Shown in pieces: positions 1 to 10,503 of a stretch of 52,767 bases of DNA. The notes under the pieces are model-generated. The model saw nothing but the letters and a program-made list of their open reading frames with translations, was not told the DNA's origin and did no database searches. The stretch covers positions 1 through 52,767 of IMG/VR virus record IMGVR_UViG_3300034524_000183; one strand, 5' to 3'. How positions within the stretch are numbered: the first letter of the stretch is position 1; the number at the start of each line of letters is the position of its first letter. This DNA is from a virus. Its lineage: Duplodnaviria > Caudoviricetes. Made by a program: the position numbers and the translations under genes.

Positions 1-726
1 TTCGACATGCTGCTTACGGCGTACATCGAAGAATATCAGGATAAACATGGCAAGATGCCTTCGTATGCTCTTCTCACCAAGGAGGCGTATGCGATTCAGG
101 CTGACATCATGAATAACCTCGACAGATACGGGAATGGCTCCATACGCGCTCCTGAGACGCTTGACCAGAACATGCCCGGAGCTTCCGAGTATGCGCGTAG
201 CCTCGCAAGTGGCGAGTTCAACTGGCAGGACACTCCGGTCGTTGATTCACCTGCCAAGTTCAACGCTGCTTACAAACAATGGCGTACTGACGGCTCTGGA
301 CCGCTTGCAGACTGGGCAGGAAGACTTGGCTTGGAAGGCGACGATGCGGTCCGCTTCGTAGCGCGTCAAGCAGAACTCCACGGCTACAAGCCCGTTCTCA
401 AGAGTGCTGAAGAGGAAGCTGCGCCTGTTGTCGCTCCGGTCGCTGAGGATGTAGCCGCTGAGATACCTGACGACGGTGAAGTCCATGACTTCCAGTCGTT
501 CAACGATCTTGCTGCATACATTGCCAGCGCAACCGGAAGGAACATGCGAGACGCTCTCATGGAACGAGGACAAATGGCGCGAGAAGCGTTGCGGTATAAC
601 ATGGTCGGACAGTACGAACAGTACGATGACTACGATTGGAGCTGGCTTACCGACTACTTCTCTGACCCCAACGCTCTTGCCGCACTGCTTGGAATCAGGA
701 CGGTAAAGAGGAAACAAGATGAGTAA
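1..726 (+). CDS. C-terminal part of an internal virion protein (T7 gp15-like position), truncated by the window edge
   Basis: The frame is open from base 1. It lies directly upstream of the large internal virion protein; assigned by synteny only. Confidence 0.55.
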   Translation, partial: FDMLLTAYIEEYQDKHGKMPSYALLTKEAYAIQADIMNNLDRYGNGSIRAPETLDQNMPGASEYARSLASGEFNWQDTPVVDSPAKFNAAYKQWRTDGSGPLADWAGRLGLEGDDAVRFVARQAELHGYKPVLKSAEEEAAPVVAPVAEDVAAEIPDDGEVHDFQSFNDLAAYIASATGRNMRDALMERGQMAREALRYNMVGQYEQYDDYDWSWLTDYFSDPNALAALLGIRTVKRKQDE

Positions 727-735
727 GGAGGCCGC

Positions 736-3700
736 ATGGCTCTTGAACTGATCGGAATTGAAGGGATCGACATCGGTCCCGAAGCACATATCCCCGGTCA
801 GGAAGAGATTACTGAGGCTGGAGGTGTAACGCCTCCGGCCTCTTCTCTTTCTACCGGACCGGAAGAGGATTCGCCGGGATTCTTTGGAACTGCGGCAGAC
901 ATGGGTAAAGGCGTTGTCGGAGGCGTTCGCGACGCAGCTCAGGAGACTATGGACTTTGGTCTGGATGTTCTCAATCTCGTTGACGACCACACCTTCAACG
1001 TCCTCCCTGAAGAAATCCCTGAAGAATACCGCCTTCCCGACATCGAAACAAACACCACGGCAGGACGCATCACACGAGGCATCTCACAGTTCGCCGCTGG
1101 TTTTGTAGGTGCAGGCAAGTTCCTCAAGGCCGCAAAGGTGCTTCAAGGAGCAGGTAAGGGCGTTGCTCTTGCTCGTGGTATGGCGCAAGGCGCAATCACG
1201 GACACGGTGGCGTTCGATCCTCACGAGGACCGTTTGTCCAACCTGATTGAAGAATATCCTTCACTCTCAAACCCAGTGACTCAATACCTGGCTGCGGACG
1301 AAGACGACTCAAACGCAGAAGGACGTTTCAAGAATGCGCTCGAAGGCGTCCTAGCTGGCGGTGCGGTCGATGTTTTCATGAAGACAGTCAAGGGAGTGAA
1401 GGCTCTCCGCGCAGTCAAAGGCTCCAAAGCTGAAGTGGAAGTGGCTGAACAGGCCGTGAAGGAAGTCGAGGAAGCCGTAGCGAAAGCTAAGGAACCGAAG
1501 ACGACTGTTGATACTGAGCTTCGAGATGCTGACGGTGAAATTGTCGATGGCTCTACCGTTGAGCTTACCGAGATAGCCAAGATTGAGCTGCACGCTGAGA
1601 AGGTGGACGGCAATCGTGCGGCCTTTGACCACGAGAGTTACTTCAAACTCCTGAAGGAAAATCAGGGACTTTCGCGTGAAGAGATCATCGAACAGCATGG
1701 GCGTGACCTCTTCAACCTGAGCAAGTTCGAGGGAACCGATGGTACTCTCAATGCCCTGAAGGAAATGAGTTCGCTCATTCATCCTCAGACCCTCAAAGGA
1801 CGCACCGGACGGGAAACCTTCGAGCAGATCGACGAAAACGCCGTGTCTTACCTCAAGGATGCGTTCGATACCGACGGGACCACCTTGATCGACTCCGTGA
1901 CAAAACTTGCTGGTGATATGGAACAGGCGACAACGCTCATGCACACCGCCAAGATGTACTCGCAGTACCTTGGCAGCGAGATCGAGAAAACCACTGCCAA
2001 AATCGCCGCGAACCTTGAACCGGGCGTGACAATGAAGGACGCCCTGAGCGGGGATCACCCCATGTCCACGGAGATTCTCAGACTCGTCAAACTCAACGAA
2101 CAGCTTGAGAACCTCAGCCTCGGCTTCAGTGGCATCCGCACAGCATCTGCGCGTGTAACCGCCGCTGGTCGAATGGGTGTCCAGAACCTGACGTGGAACG
2201 TCATCAAGCATGGCAACGAAGCGACACATCGGGAAATTATCGAGAAGCTCAACATCAACCCGAAGAAGATGGAACGCTACCTCAAGGCCGTTCAAGCTGC
2301 CGACAAGGGCGATGTACATGCCCTGTACCGTCTTTCCAAGATGGGATGGCAAGGACGCTTTTGGGATTTGCACAACGAGTATTGGATCAATTCCGTCCTC
2401 TCCGGCTTCAGAACACAAACCGTCAACATGACCTCAAACGCATTGAAATCCGCAATCACTCCCGCCTCCAAAATCCTTGGTGGCTGGCGTATGGGTGACA
2501 AGGAACTCATGCGTGAGGGAATGGCAACATATATGGGATTCAGGAAGTTCGCACTGGACTCCGTGAAGATGGCTGCGAAAGCCTTTAAAATGGAAGCGAA
2601 CATCCTTGATCCTGTCTATACGATCATGGACTCCCCGACCCATGCTTGGTCGCGTGAGACGGTCTACCAGATGGCTGAGGCAAAAGGCGTCAAACCTAAC
2701 GAAAAACTGGCAACCGCCTTTGATTGGCTTGGAAAGGCTATTCGTCTTCCTAGCAGGATGCTCCTGACGGGTGACGAACTTTTCAAGCAGTTGAACTACC
2801 GCGCTGACTTGTATGCACGGCTCTACCGTCAAGGGGTTGCCCTTTACGGAGACGACGCAGCAAGGATCGCGCAGCACGTCGAGGACAACTTCGACAAGTG
2901 GTTCACGAAACACGGAGCAGGCAAGGCAGAGCAATCCCTCGCCTACGCACGTGAAACGACGTGGACACAGGAGCTGGTTCGCGGTTCGCTTGGACACACG
3001 ATCCAGACCGTCCCTGCAAAACACCCTTGGCTACGTCCTGTCCTCCCCTTCGTTCGTACTCCTGTGAACATTGTCAACGATATGTTCATGCACACTCCCG
3101 GCATTAACAGGCTGATGAAGCAATACAAAGCTGACATCGCCGCCGGAGGTGAAAGAGCAGCTATGGCGAAGGGCAAGGAAGCCCTTGGCTCCCTCTTTTG
3201 GGGCGCGGCGGTGGTCATGGCCTCGGAAGGCACAATCACCGGAGGTGGCCCCAAGGACAAGAACCTGCGGGATCGTCTCTACGAAACAGGCTGGCAGCCA
3301 TACTCAATCAAAGTGGGTGACAAGTATTACTCGTTCTCCCGCTTCGATCCATACGGCATGTTCCTCGGCCTTGCTGCCGACTTCGCAATGATCGCGAGAG
3401 AGGCTCCTGAGAACGAGGCAAACACCCTTGCCGTTGGGATGATTACGGCGTTGTCGAACAACCTGATGTCCAAGACCTATCTCAAAGGACTTGCGGACAC
3501 TCTCAACGTCATCACCAACCCGGAGATGCACGGAGAGAAGTTCCTTCAGCGTCAGGCTGCGACATACGTTCCGTTCTCAAGTGCGGCTGGACAGCTTCGG
3601 CAGGAGACTGACTCCATGATGCGCGAGGTGCGTTCTGTGGCAGACGCCTTCATGAACAAAATCCCCGGCTTCTCGGATGACCTTCCCGCACGTAGGTCGT

Positions 3701-4188
3701 GGGTTACTGGTGATCCGATCATGTACGCTGATGGCGTTGGCCCTGATCTCTTCAGTCCTATGGCCTACAGGGAGCATAAAGGCGATGTCGTCATGGATGA
3801 ACTTGCCCGTCTCGACTACGGCTTTGAACCTCCAAGCAGGAAGCTCATGAACCTCGTGGAGCTTTCCTCGGCACAGTATTCCAGACTGAACGAGCTGCAT
3901 GGAAAGGTTCGCATCGGGCGGTACACCCTGCATCAACGCCTTGAAAAGCTCTTCAAATCAGACCGTTACGACATTGAACGCAAACGCTTCCTCGACGGAC
4001 CTGACGCCAGTCCACGTCTGGATGCCGTGAAGAAGGTCATCCGTTCCTATCGCAAGGCCGCGACACGTGCGCTGCTTAGTGAGGATCGCGAACTCCTCAT
4101 GGCAGTCGAGCAAGCACGGCGTTCAAAACTGTTACAGAAACGAGGAAAAGCCGCTGAGTTGGATAATCTGCGGCAGATCGGACAATAA
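736..4188 (+). CDS. Large internal virion/ejection protein (T7 gp16-like position)
   Basis: 1150 aa with AAGGAGG RBS, located just before the tail fibre. Segments such as WQPYSIKVGDKYYSFSRFDPYGMFLGLAAD resemble podophage internal virion proteins. Confidence 0.75.
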   Translation: MALELIGIEGIDIGPEAHIPGQEEITEAGGVTPPASSLSTGPEEDSPGFFGTAADMGKGVVGGVRDAAQETMDFGLDVLNLVDDHTFNVLPEEIPEEYRLPDIETNTTAGRITRGISQFAAGFVGAGKFLKAAKVLQGAGKGVALARGMAQGAITDTVAFDPHEDRLSNLIEEYPSLSNPVTQYLAADEDDSNAEGRFKNALEGVLAGGAVDVFMKTVKGVKALRAVKGSKAEVEVAEQAVKEVEEAVAKAKEPKTTVDTELRDADGEIVDGSTVELTEIAKIELHAEKVDGNRAAFDHESYFKLLKENQGLSREEIIEQHGRDLFNLSKFEGTDGTLNALKEMSSLIHPQTLKGRTGRETFEQIDENAVSYLKDAFDTDGTTLIDSVTKLAGDMEQATTLMHTAKMYSQYLGSEIEKTTAKIAANLEPGVTMKDALSGDHPMSTEILRLVKLNEQLENLSLGFSGIRTASARVTAAGRMGVQNLTWNVIKHGNEATHREIIEKLNINPKKMERYLKAVQAADKGDVHALYRLSKMGWQGRFWDLHNEYWINSVLSGFRTQTVNMTSNALKSAITPASKILGGWRMGDKELMREGMATYMGFRKFALDSVKMAAKAFKMEANILDPVYTIMDSPTHAWSRETVYQMAEAKGVKPNEKLATAFDWLGKAIRLPSRMLLTGDELFKQLNYRADLYARLYRQGVALYGDDAARIAQHVEDNFDKWFTKHGAGKAEQSLAYARETTWTQELVRGSLGHTIQTVPAKHPWLRPVLPFVRTPVNIVNDMFMHTPGINRLMKQYKADIAAGGERAAMAKGKEALGSLFWGAAVVMASEGTITGGGPKDKNLRDRLYETGWQPYSIKVGDKYYSFSRFDPYGMFLGLAADFAMIAREAPENEANTLAVGMITALSNNLMSKTYLKGLADTLNVITNPEMHGEKFLQRQAATYVPFSSAAGQLRQETDSMMREVRSVADAFMNKIPGFSDDLPARRSWVTGDPIMYADGVGPDLFSPMAYREHKGDVVMDELARLDYGFEPPSRKLMNLVELSSAQYSRLNELHGKVRIGRYTLHQRLEKLFKSDRYDIERKRFLDGPDASPRLDAVKKVIRSYRKAATRALLSEDRELLMAVEQARRSKLLQKRGKAAELDNLRQIGQ

Positions 4189-4191
4189 ACT

Positions 4192-4224
4192 AGGAAGCCC
4201 CGGTGGAAACACTGGGGCTTTCCT
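4192..4224 (+). terminator. Intergenic stem-loop, probable terminator/attenuator
   Basis: AGGAAGCCCCGGTG-GAAA-CACTGGGGCTTTCCT right after the stop codon; weak U-tract. Confidence 0.55.
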
Positions 4225-4245
4225 CATTCTAGGAGAAGTTCACAA

Positions 4246-7200
4246 ATGGCACTGAGTTACGATGTATTCCAGTCCGACGGCTCCAATCCGATCTTCAACC
4301 TCTCCTTCGAGTACATTGACCGTGCTCATGTGAAAGTGAAGATCGACGGCGTGGAGGTCAACGAAGCTGGCTATACTTTCGAGTGGCTTAATAGCCAGTC
4401 TATCAAGCTCTCGCCCACGCCGCCGCAGGGAGCGTCTATCAAACTCTATCGAGAGACGCCTCGTGACGCCCGTCTGATTGACTTCAAAGACGGCACGACG
4501 ATGCAGGAAGAAGACCTCGACACTGCCATCAACCAACAGTTCTTCCTCATGCAGGAAGTGCTGGATGCGTCTGTGGGTGACGCGATCATGGCGGCTTATG
4601 AGGATACAGTTCGACATTACAACCTCACCCTTGGCGTTAAGGCTGACATCGAAGCTCTCAAGCTGGAGATCGAGGGGCATATCGCAACCGAACACCAGCT
4701 TGTCGAAAAGGCTCGTCAGTGGGCTGAGAACCCTGAAGACGCCGCAGTTGAGGAAGGAGCGTATTCTGCCAAGCATTGGGCAGCTAAAGCGAAAGCACAG
4801 ACGGACAAGGCCATCGCCGAACGTGAAGCCGCAGGCTTCCCCTTGTGTGAGGCTTCCAAGGCAGGGAACCTGCTTCGCCTGAAAGATGATGCCAGTGGAT
4901 ACGAGTTCTTCAAACTTGCTCCCAATGGTCCGGGTATTAGGAACACCATCCTCTCCGGGTGCGTAAAAGACGGCTATCCTGCCTTTCTCGTTGGTCCTGA
5001 GTTCCTGAACATGGAACACGAAAACAACGTGAAGCATTCCAAAATCGGCACAGTCTCCGCTTCGGCTATCTACAACGGTACTTACAATGAAGTGAAGCCG
5101 CTTAGGAACCAAGTCGTATGGGAAAGCAATGGATGGCTGACACCCAACGGTCAACGGGCAGGCTGGTGGCAGTACGACTTCACCAGTGCGCATGTTCTCG
5201 TTGGTATGTTCATGATCCCCTACGATAACCAGCAGGGCCAGTGTCCCAAGGACTGGGAGCTTCTCGGTTGGAACGGTGATGGCTGGGACATGATCTACTC
5301 CCGCACGAGCGATCAAGGCCAGCGTGGGTACAATTCCAACGCCAAGACTGATGGGCGCATGTATTGGTTCACAGAGAACACCAAAGCGTACAAGCGTGTT
5401 CGTTTGAACGTAAAGGACGTTATTGGTGATTCAAACAACAGAATCAACATTGCCGCGATCCGCTTCTATGAGGCGGTGATCCCCGGACAACACAAGTACG
5501 ACGTGGCTCTCTACGCCTCGAACGACATCCCGTTCATGGCATCTGTAGCCTGCGGATACGATGAAGAGAAACGTCCTGTGGACAAACCGTACCGCTTCAC
5601 GTCCCCTGTGAACATTGACGGGAACAAGTTCGCGGAGATGTCCCGCAACTACGTCTATCTGGTTCCGGCTGAAAAGGACGGCAGTCTCCCTGCGAATCTC
5701 AATCCCGCAAAGGCTACCAAGATCGCAGGTCATGATGCCTTCCTCTATGTGGACACCCGTCAGGTTCACTACGGCTCCGTGAGCGACATCGAACGTCAGA
5801 ACATTGGGTTGCTGCAAAGTCGGCATGAGGTTGATTACAACCCTGTTCCGAACGGCGATTTTGAGCACAACATGAACTGGTACGGAAATCCCATCGACTT
5901 CACCAACGTCCGTGTGTTCACCTCTGAACCTCATCGAGGAGCACCTTCGTCTTACCACTTTGACGGAGGGAACAACTATATCCATACAGCGAAGCAACTG
6001 GAGGGTGTGTTCAAGAACAAGAGCTACCATCCGTATGGGCAGGACTTTACGATGGAGATTGACTTCAAGTTCGAGGGCAACGCTCCTGAGTCGTCCGACA
6101 GCTACTACATTCTCTTCGACAATGGGTATAACAATAACAAAGGAATGGGCGTCCACTACTGGAACCGGCGAAAAAGTTTCAGTCTGCACTGGAACACAGA
6201 CCAGTTCTACCACATTCCTTTCGATGCTTCAGACAGGCAGTGGCACACGCTGGCTGTGTCGAAGAAGGGTTCTCGCCTGTTCATGCACGTGGACGGGAAG
6301 TGCCTTGGAGCATTTAACGATGTTCCAGACATCAACCAGTATTACCGTGGATGGATGCTTGGGCGGTGGTGGCACAAAGACGGTGGCAGGTGGATCGGGT
6401 GCCTGAACAACTTCCGGTACACCGTAGGCTCGTGCCTGTACCAAGGCGAAGACTATGAGGTAACGCCTACGTTCTCAAGATCACTGATCCCGCACAAGAC
6501 GTTGTGGTACGACGCTGGTGAGGGTGTCGTCAAAGAATGGGACGCTTTCGCTGAAAAGTGGACGGCGACTCCAATGCTACCGCTTGGACACGTGGAGACT
6601 GGTTTCAAGGAGCATCTCCTCACAGACCAACCCCGTGGTACTCATCATATCCGACAGACGAAGTGGATCGTTCCTGACGGCTACGCTGCTTCAAGTAGCT
6701 ACGATGGAAACCACACGCCTGAGAGCCTGTTCAACTTCGGACACGGCGGGGAGTACCCATACAGCACAACGACAACCGCACACACTGAAGATCATTACGT
6801 CCAATTCACGCTTGAGAAGCCAATGGCGTTCGAGCGTTTCGTGCTCTGCAACACGACATGGGACTGGCGGGCGTTCCCTGCGAAGTTCAAAGTGTTCGGA
6901 TCAAACCAGAATGGCGTATGGGAACTTCTTGTGGATCGTCAGGCTCCTAAAGCAGAAGACGGAGGAGCCGCTCACAACTGTCCCAAGTCGCATGGCAACT
7001 CCCATCACGTCACTTTCTACAAGCACTTCCAGATCACGAACACCAAGCCCTACCGGACAATCCGTATAAATCTGCCCAACAAAGGTGATGTTCCATTCTA
7101 CGCGGATTTCGACAGGACGGCCTTCCGCATGACCATGACCTTCGCTGGTGCAAAGCCGGAAGTTGAGAAGATCACGTCCTATGCCATTGGTGGCAGCTTC

Positions 7201-7524
7201 TCCATAGGGCCGATCCCTATCGACGTGAACCAGAACTACAGATTCGAGGTTCCGTTTGGAGGTGCGCCGTTCAATGTCGTCGGATACGTGGAAGAACAGT
7301 GGGACTTCCAAAGCAAGAGGCGTTTGCTTGGGCAAGCCAGTACACACAACGCAAACGGCTATCAAGGCTATGGGGAGCTTGTATACATTGAGCAGGATGC
7401 CATCACTGTGCAGACTCTCAAAGACTACATCTCCTTCTACACGGGGAACGTGTGGAACTGTCCTTCTGTGAACGTGGCAAGCACGAAAGCGAACCTCTAC
7501 CTCAAAGCTGAAAGGAGGTGGTAA
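4246..7524 (+). CDS. Tail fibre with T7 gp17-type N-terminal anchor, two discoidin (F5/8-C)-like domains and a LamG/concanavalin-like domain
   Basis: The N-terminus (FNLSFEYIDRAHVKV...RETPRDARLIDFKDG...DLD) is typical of the T7 fibre anchor. Internal motifs WWQYDF...PKDWELLG, HFDG...FTMEIDFK...WHTLAVSKKG...HVDG and YVQFTL...PAKFKVFGS. Confidence 0.88.
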   Translation: MALSYDVFQSDGSNPIFNLSFEYIDRAHVKVKIDGVEVNEAGYTFEWLNSQSIKLSPTPPQGASIKLYRETPRDARLIDFKDGTTMQEEDLDTAINQQFFLMQEVLDASVGDAIMAAYEDTVRHYNLTLGVKADIEALKLEIEGHIATEHQLVEKARQWAENPEDAAVEEGAYSAKHWAAKAKAQTDKAIAEREAAGFPLCEASKAGNLLRLKDDASGYEFFKLAPNGPGIRNTILSGCVKDGYPAFLVGPEFLNMEHENNVKHSKIGTVSASAIYNGTYNEVKPLRNQVVWESNGWLTPNGQRAGWWQYDFTSAHVLVGMFMIPYDNQQGQCPKDWELLGWNGDGWDMIYSRTSDQGQRGYNSNAKTDGRMYWFTENTKAYKRVRLNVKDVIGDSNNRINIAAIRFYEAVIPGQHKYDVALYASNDIPFMASVACGYDEEKRPVDKPYRFTSPVNIDGNKFAEMSRNYVYLVPAEKDGSLPANLNPAKATKIAGHDAFLYVDTRQVHYGSVSDIERQNIGLLQSRHEVDYNPVPNGDFEHNMNWYGNPIDFTNVRVFTSEPHRGAPSSYHFDGGNNYIHTAKQLEGVFKNKSYHPYGQDFTMEIDFKFEGNAPESSDSYYILFDNGYNNNKGMGVHYWNRRKSFSLHWNTDQFYHIPFDASDRQWHTLAVSKKGSRLFMHVDGKCLGAFNDVPDINQYYRGWMLGRWWHKDGGRWIGCLNNFRYTVGSCLYQGEDYEVTPTFSRSLIPHKTLWYDAGEGVVKEWDAFAEKWTATPMLPLGHVETGFKEHLLTDQPRGTHHIRQTKWIVPDGYAASSSYDGNHTPESLFNFGHGGEYPYSTTTTAHTEDHYVQFTLEKPMAFERFVLCNTTWDWRAFPAKFKVFGSNQNGVWELLVDRQAPKAEDGGAAHNCPKSHGNSHHVTFYKHFQITNTKPYRTIRINLPNKGDVPFYADFDRTAFRMTMTFAGAKPEVEKITSYAIGGSFSIGPIPIDVNQNYRFEVPFGGAPFNVVGYVEEQWDFQSKRRLLGQASTHNANGYQGYGELVYIEQDAITVQTLKDYISFYTGNVWNCPSVNVASTKANLYLKAERRW

Positions 7525-7781
7525 TGCGCCAGATCACTTGGCTCAGGCCAGATGGAAAGACCTATGTCTCGCCTACTCAGGCTTCACAGAGTGATGTCGC
7601 CATTCCTGACACCCCCGGCGCGGACTTCAGTTTCAACCGGGAGAGGTGGGAGTGGGAACGTGTCTACGAGGCTCCTGCCCCTAACGACATCACCGTTCCC
7701 GAAGCAGAGGAACTCTGGCGTCTGGCCCACGAAGAAAACAACGCAATGGCCTCAGTGCTGCTCAAGCACCTGAACCTGTAA
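7524..7781 (+). CDS. Small protein coupled to the tail fibre (possible fibre chaperone)
   Basis: ATG overlaps the fibre stop (TAATG); GGAGG RBS. Confidence 0.6.
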   Translation: MRQITWLRPDGKTYVSPTQASQSDVAIPDTPGADFSFNRERWEWERVYEAPAPNDITVPEAEELWRLAHEENNAMASVLLKHLNL

Positions 7782-7785
7782 ATAC

Positions 7786-7818
7786 AAGGGTGGGAGTGTA
7801 AAAGCTCCTGCCCTTCTT
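7786..7818 (+). terminator. Intergenic stem-loop
   Basis: AAGGGTGGGAG...CTCCTGCCCTT followed by CTT. Confidence 0.5.
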
Positions 7819-7834
7819 CATAGAGGAGAACTAA

Positions 7835-8140
7835 ATGGCAGCACACGAGTGCGTCCAAGGTCCAAAACTTGAGAGTCTTGAGGCTGCTATCGGAGATATT
7901 CGTGAAGGCCAGAAAAAGACTGACGGGAAATTAGATAAGATCACTGAGCTTCTCGTCTCGGATGCGCACACCCAAGAACAGCTCAAGCATATAAAGGAAA
8001 CACAGCGTGACCATGAAGACCGTTTACGATCTGTGGAAACACGCACAAACACGAACTCAGGGTTCACTACACGTGCTGAACGCTTCTTCTGGATCGTGGT
8101 AACGGGCGGCATCGGAACCCTTTGGTATATTGCGAGGTAA
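7835..8140 (+). CDS. Holin-like/XhlA-like membrane protein
   Basis: Coiled-coil N-terminus and one C-terminal TM segment (FFWIVVTGGIGTLWYIA); sits where T7 17.5 sits, between fibre and terminase. Confidence 0.55.
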   Translation: MAAHECVQGPKLESLEAAIGDIREGQKKTDGKLDKITELLVSDAHTQEQLKHIKETQRDHEDRLRSVETRTNTNSGFTTRAERFFWIVVTGGIGTLWYIAR

Positions 8141-8143
8141 ATC

Positions 8144-8401
8144 ATGAGCAAAGCAACCACGAACGATCTTGCTGATCTGCATGGCATGTTCACCGAAGCT
8201 CTCGCCAAGAAACTGAAGAACGGCGATTTCACGTCTGCCGACCTCAGTGTCATTCGCCAGTTCCTGCGTGATAATGGCATCGAGTGTGACGGTGAACGTA
8301 ATGACGGCATCCAAGACCTTGTTGACTCCCTGCCTTCCTACGACTCCGATGAGGATGGAGCAGGTATGTCCTGCGGTCCTGATGGATGCCACCTGAATTA
8401 G
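8144..8401 (+). CDS. Terminase small subunit (T7 gp18-like)
   Basis: 85 aa with LADLH...TSADLSVIRQFLRDNGI, which matches gp18-type proteins; lies upstream of the large terminase. Confidence 0.85.
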   Translation: MSKATTNDLADLHGMFTEALAKKLKNGDFTSADLSVIRQFLRDNGIECDGERNDGIQDLVDSLPSYDSDEDGAGMSCGPDGCHLN

Positions 8402-8428
8402 GCCCAAATTCGCCTTCTAAGCCCTTTT

Positions 8429-8472
8429 GAGGAGGAGGATGACTTGTACGTCGTCTTCCTCCTTTTCTTTTG
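8429..8472 (+). terminator. Intrinsic terminator between small and large terminase genes
   Basis: GAGGAGGAGGATGAC-loop-GTCGTCTTCCTCCTT followed by TTCTTTT. Confidence 0.65.
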
Positions 8473-8533
8473 TCTAACGTCAAATTTAGGCGTCTTTCGA
8501 ACATCTAAAGCTATCCACCAAGGAGATAATCAC

Positions 8534-10267
8534 GTGAGTGTATTAGGTGGCACTATAGAACCCCTCCCGAAGAAGCTCCAAGACTTTCGTGTCTTTCTCA
8601 CAATGGTGTGGCGTCACCTGAACCTTCCTGATCCCACACCCGTCCAGCTCGATATTGCGCACTGGCTCCAGCACGGTCCACGCCGTAAAATCATCGAGGC
8701 ATTCCGAGGCGTCGGTAAGTCGTGGATCACTTCAACCTACGTTGTCTGGAAAGGGCGCATGTATCCCAACAGGAAGTTCCTTGTCGTCTCTGCGTCGAAG
8801 GAGCGCGCCGATAACTTCACCACATTCACCCTTCGTCTCATCAATGAAATCCCTGTGCTCCAGTGTCTTCGACCTCGCACCGACCAGCGTTGCTCCAAGG
8901 TGAGCTTCGACTTTGGCCCTGCGAAAGCCGACCATGCTCCTAGCGTCAAAAGCGTCGGTATCTTCGGACAGCTTGCTGGATCACGTGCAGACGAAATCAT
9001 CCCTGACGATATCGAGGTTCCCAACAACGCCTTCACGCAGTCCATGCGGGACAAGCTCAGTGAGGCCGTGAAGGAGTTCGATGCAATCCTGAAGCCGGGA
9101 GGTTCTATCAACTTCCTCGGCACACCTCAGACAGAGCAGTCGCTCTACAACCTTCTTCAGGATCGAGGGTACCAGACGCGCATCTGGCCTGCCCGTTATC
9201 CTGAACCTAGCGATGGCATCTATACCGACTGTCTGGCTCCGATGATCGCCGAACCGCTTACGGCTGCGGACGGTCACAAGATGGTCGGCAAGCCTACCGA
9301 TCCTCTACGGTTCAATGAGGACGACCTCATAGAGCGAGAACTGTCGTATGGACGCTCTGGCTTCGCCCTTCAGTTCATGCTGGACACCCGGCTGTCCGAC
9401 GCGGATCGCTATCCACTCAAGCTCTCCGACCTGATCGTAATGAACCTTTCGCCCAATGAAGCCCCGGAGAAAGTGGTATGGGCAGCATCCCCTGAGCTGG
9501 TTCATGACGATCTCGCCTGTGTGGGACTGAATGGGGACAGGTACTACCGCCCGATGTGGCTTGCCAACAACTGGATAGACTACAACGGAAGCGTCATGGC
9601 TATCGACCCATCTGGTCGTGGTCAGGACGAAACGTCCTATGCCGTGGTCAAAATGCTCAACGGCTTCCTGTATGTCACAGACGCAGGTGGGATCGCAGGT
9701 GGCTACTCCGATGAAACGCTGGTCAAGCTGGCGAACATCGCGAAGGAGCAGAAAGTGAACAAGCTGGTGATCGAATCGAACTTCGGTGACGGCATGTTCA
9801 CGGAACTTCTCAAACCTCACCTGCGGCGCATTTACCCGGTAGGTATTGAAGAGGTCCGTCACAACATCCAGAAGGAGCGACGCATCATCGACACCCTTGA
9901 ACCTGTCATGAACCAGCATCGTCTTGTGATCGACAAGAAGGTGATCCAGCAGGATTACGCCTCGACAAAGCACCTCCCGCCTGAGAAGGCACTCAAGTAC
10001 CAGCTCTTCTACCAGATGAGCCGCATCACCTTTGAGAGAGGCTCTCTGGCACACGACGACCGCCTCGACGCTCTTGCCATCGCTGTGGGCTACTGGGTGA
10101 ACCAGATGGCTCAGGACGTGGACATCAAGGTCAAGCAGCGTCAGGAAGAGCTACTCGACAAGGAACTTGAGGTCTTCCTCGGTCACGCTGGCGCAGGCAT
10201 GGATATGGCAGTGGTTGTGGGCGTTGATAACTGCCCGGAATCATTGGATGGGCCTACTTGGATATGA
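8534..10267 (+). CDS. Terminase large subunit (T7 gp19-like)
   Basis: AFRGVGKSW Walker A, GSRAD.I..DD.E, LGTPQ, nuclease motifs AIDPSGRGQDET and HDDRLDALA. GTG start at 8534 after AAGGAG. Confidence 0.95.
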   Translation: MSVLGGTIEPLPKKLQDFRVFLTMVWRHLNLPDPTPVQLDIAHWLQHGPRRKIIEAFRGVGKSWITSTYVVWKGRMYPNRKFLVVSASKERADNFTTFTLRLINEIPVLQCLRPRTDQRCSKVSFDFGPAKADHAPSVKSVGIFGQLAGSRADEIIPDDIEVPNNAFTQSMRDKLSEAVKEFDAILKPGGSINFLGTPQTEQSLYNLLQDRGYQTRIWPARYPEPSDGIYTDCLAPMIAEPLTAADGHKMVGKPTDPLRFNEDDLIERELSYGRSGFALQFMLDTRLSDADRYPLKLSDLIVMNLSPNEAPEKVVWAASPELVHDDLACVGLNGDRYYRPMWLANNWIDYNGSVMAIDPSGRGQDETSYAVVKMLNGFLYVTDAGGIAGGYSDETLVKLANIAKEQKVNKLVIESNFGDGMFTELLKPHLRRIYPVGIEEVRHNIQKERRIIDTLEPVMNQHRLVIDKKVIQQDYASTKHLPPEKALKYQLFYQMSRITFERGSLAHDDRLDALAIAVGYWVNQMAQDVDIKVKQRQEELLDKELEVFLGHAGAGMDMAVVVGVDNCPESLDGPTWI

Positions 10268-10503
10268 TGGCTGTAACAGCCTGAAATAAAAGAGGATTCA
10301 ATTAGGTTGCACTAACAAGGGGGAAGGAAGGAAGGCAAGAAAGAATGAACACTTAGTAAAGTTGTACTATAGTTAAACTTAGGACAACCTAAGTAGCCTT
10401 CTTCTATGCTCTTCCCTCCATCCTTCTTTCTTATTGCTTCCTCCTTCTTCCTCTTCAACCTGTATCCTTGGGTGGCTTACGATTGACGTAGGCTACCCTT
10501 GGA

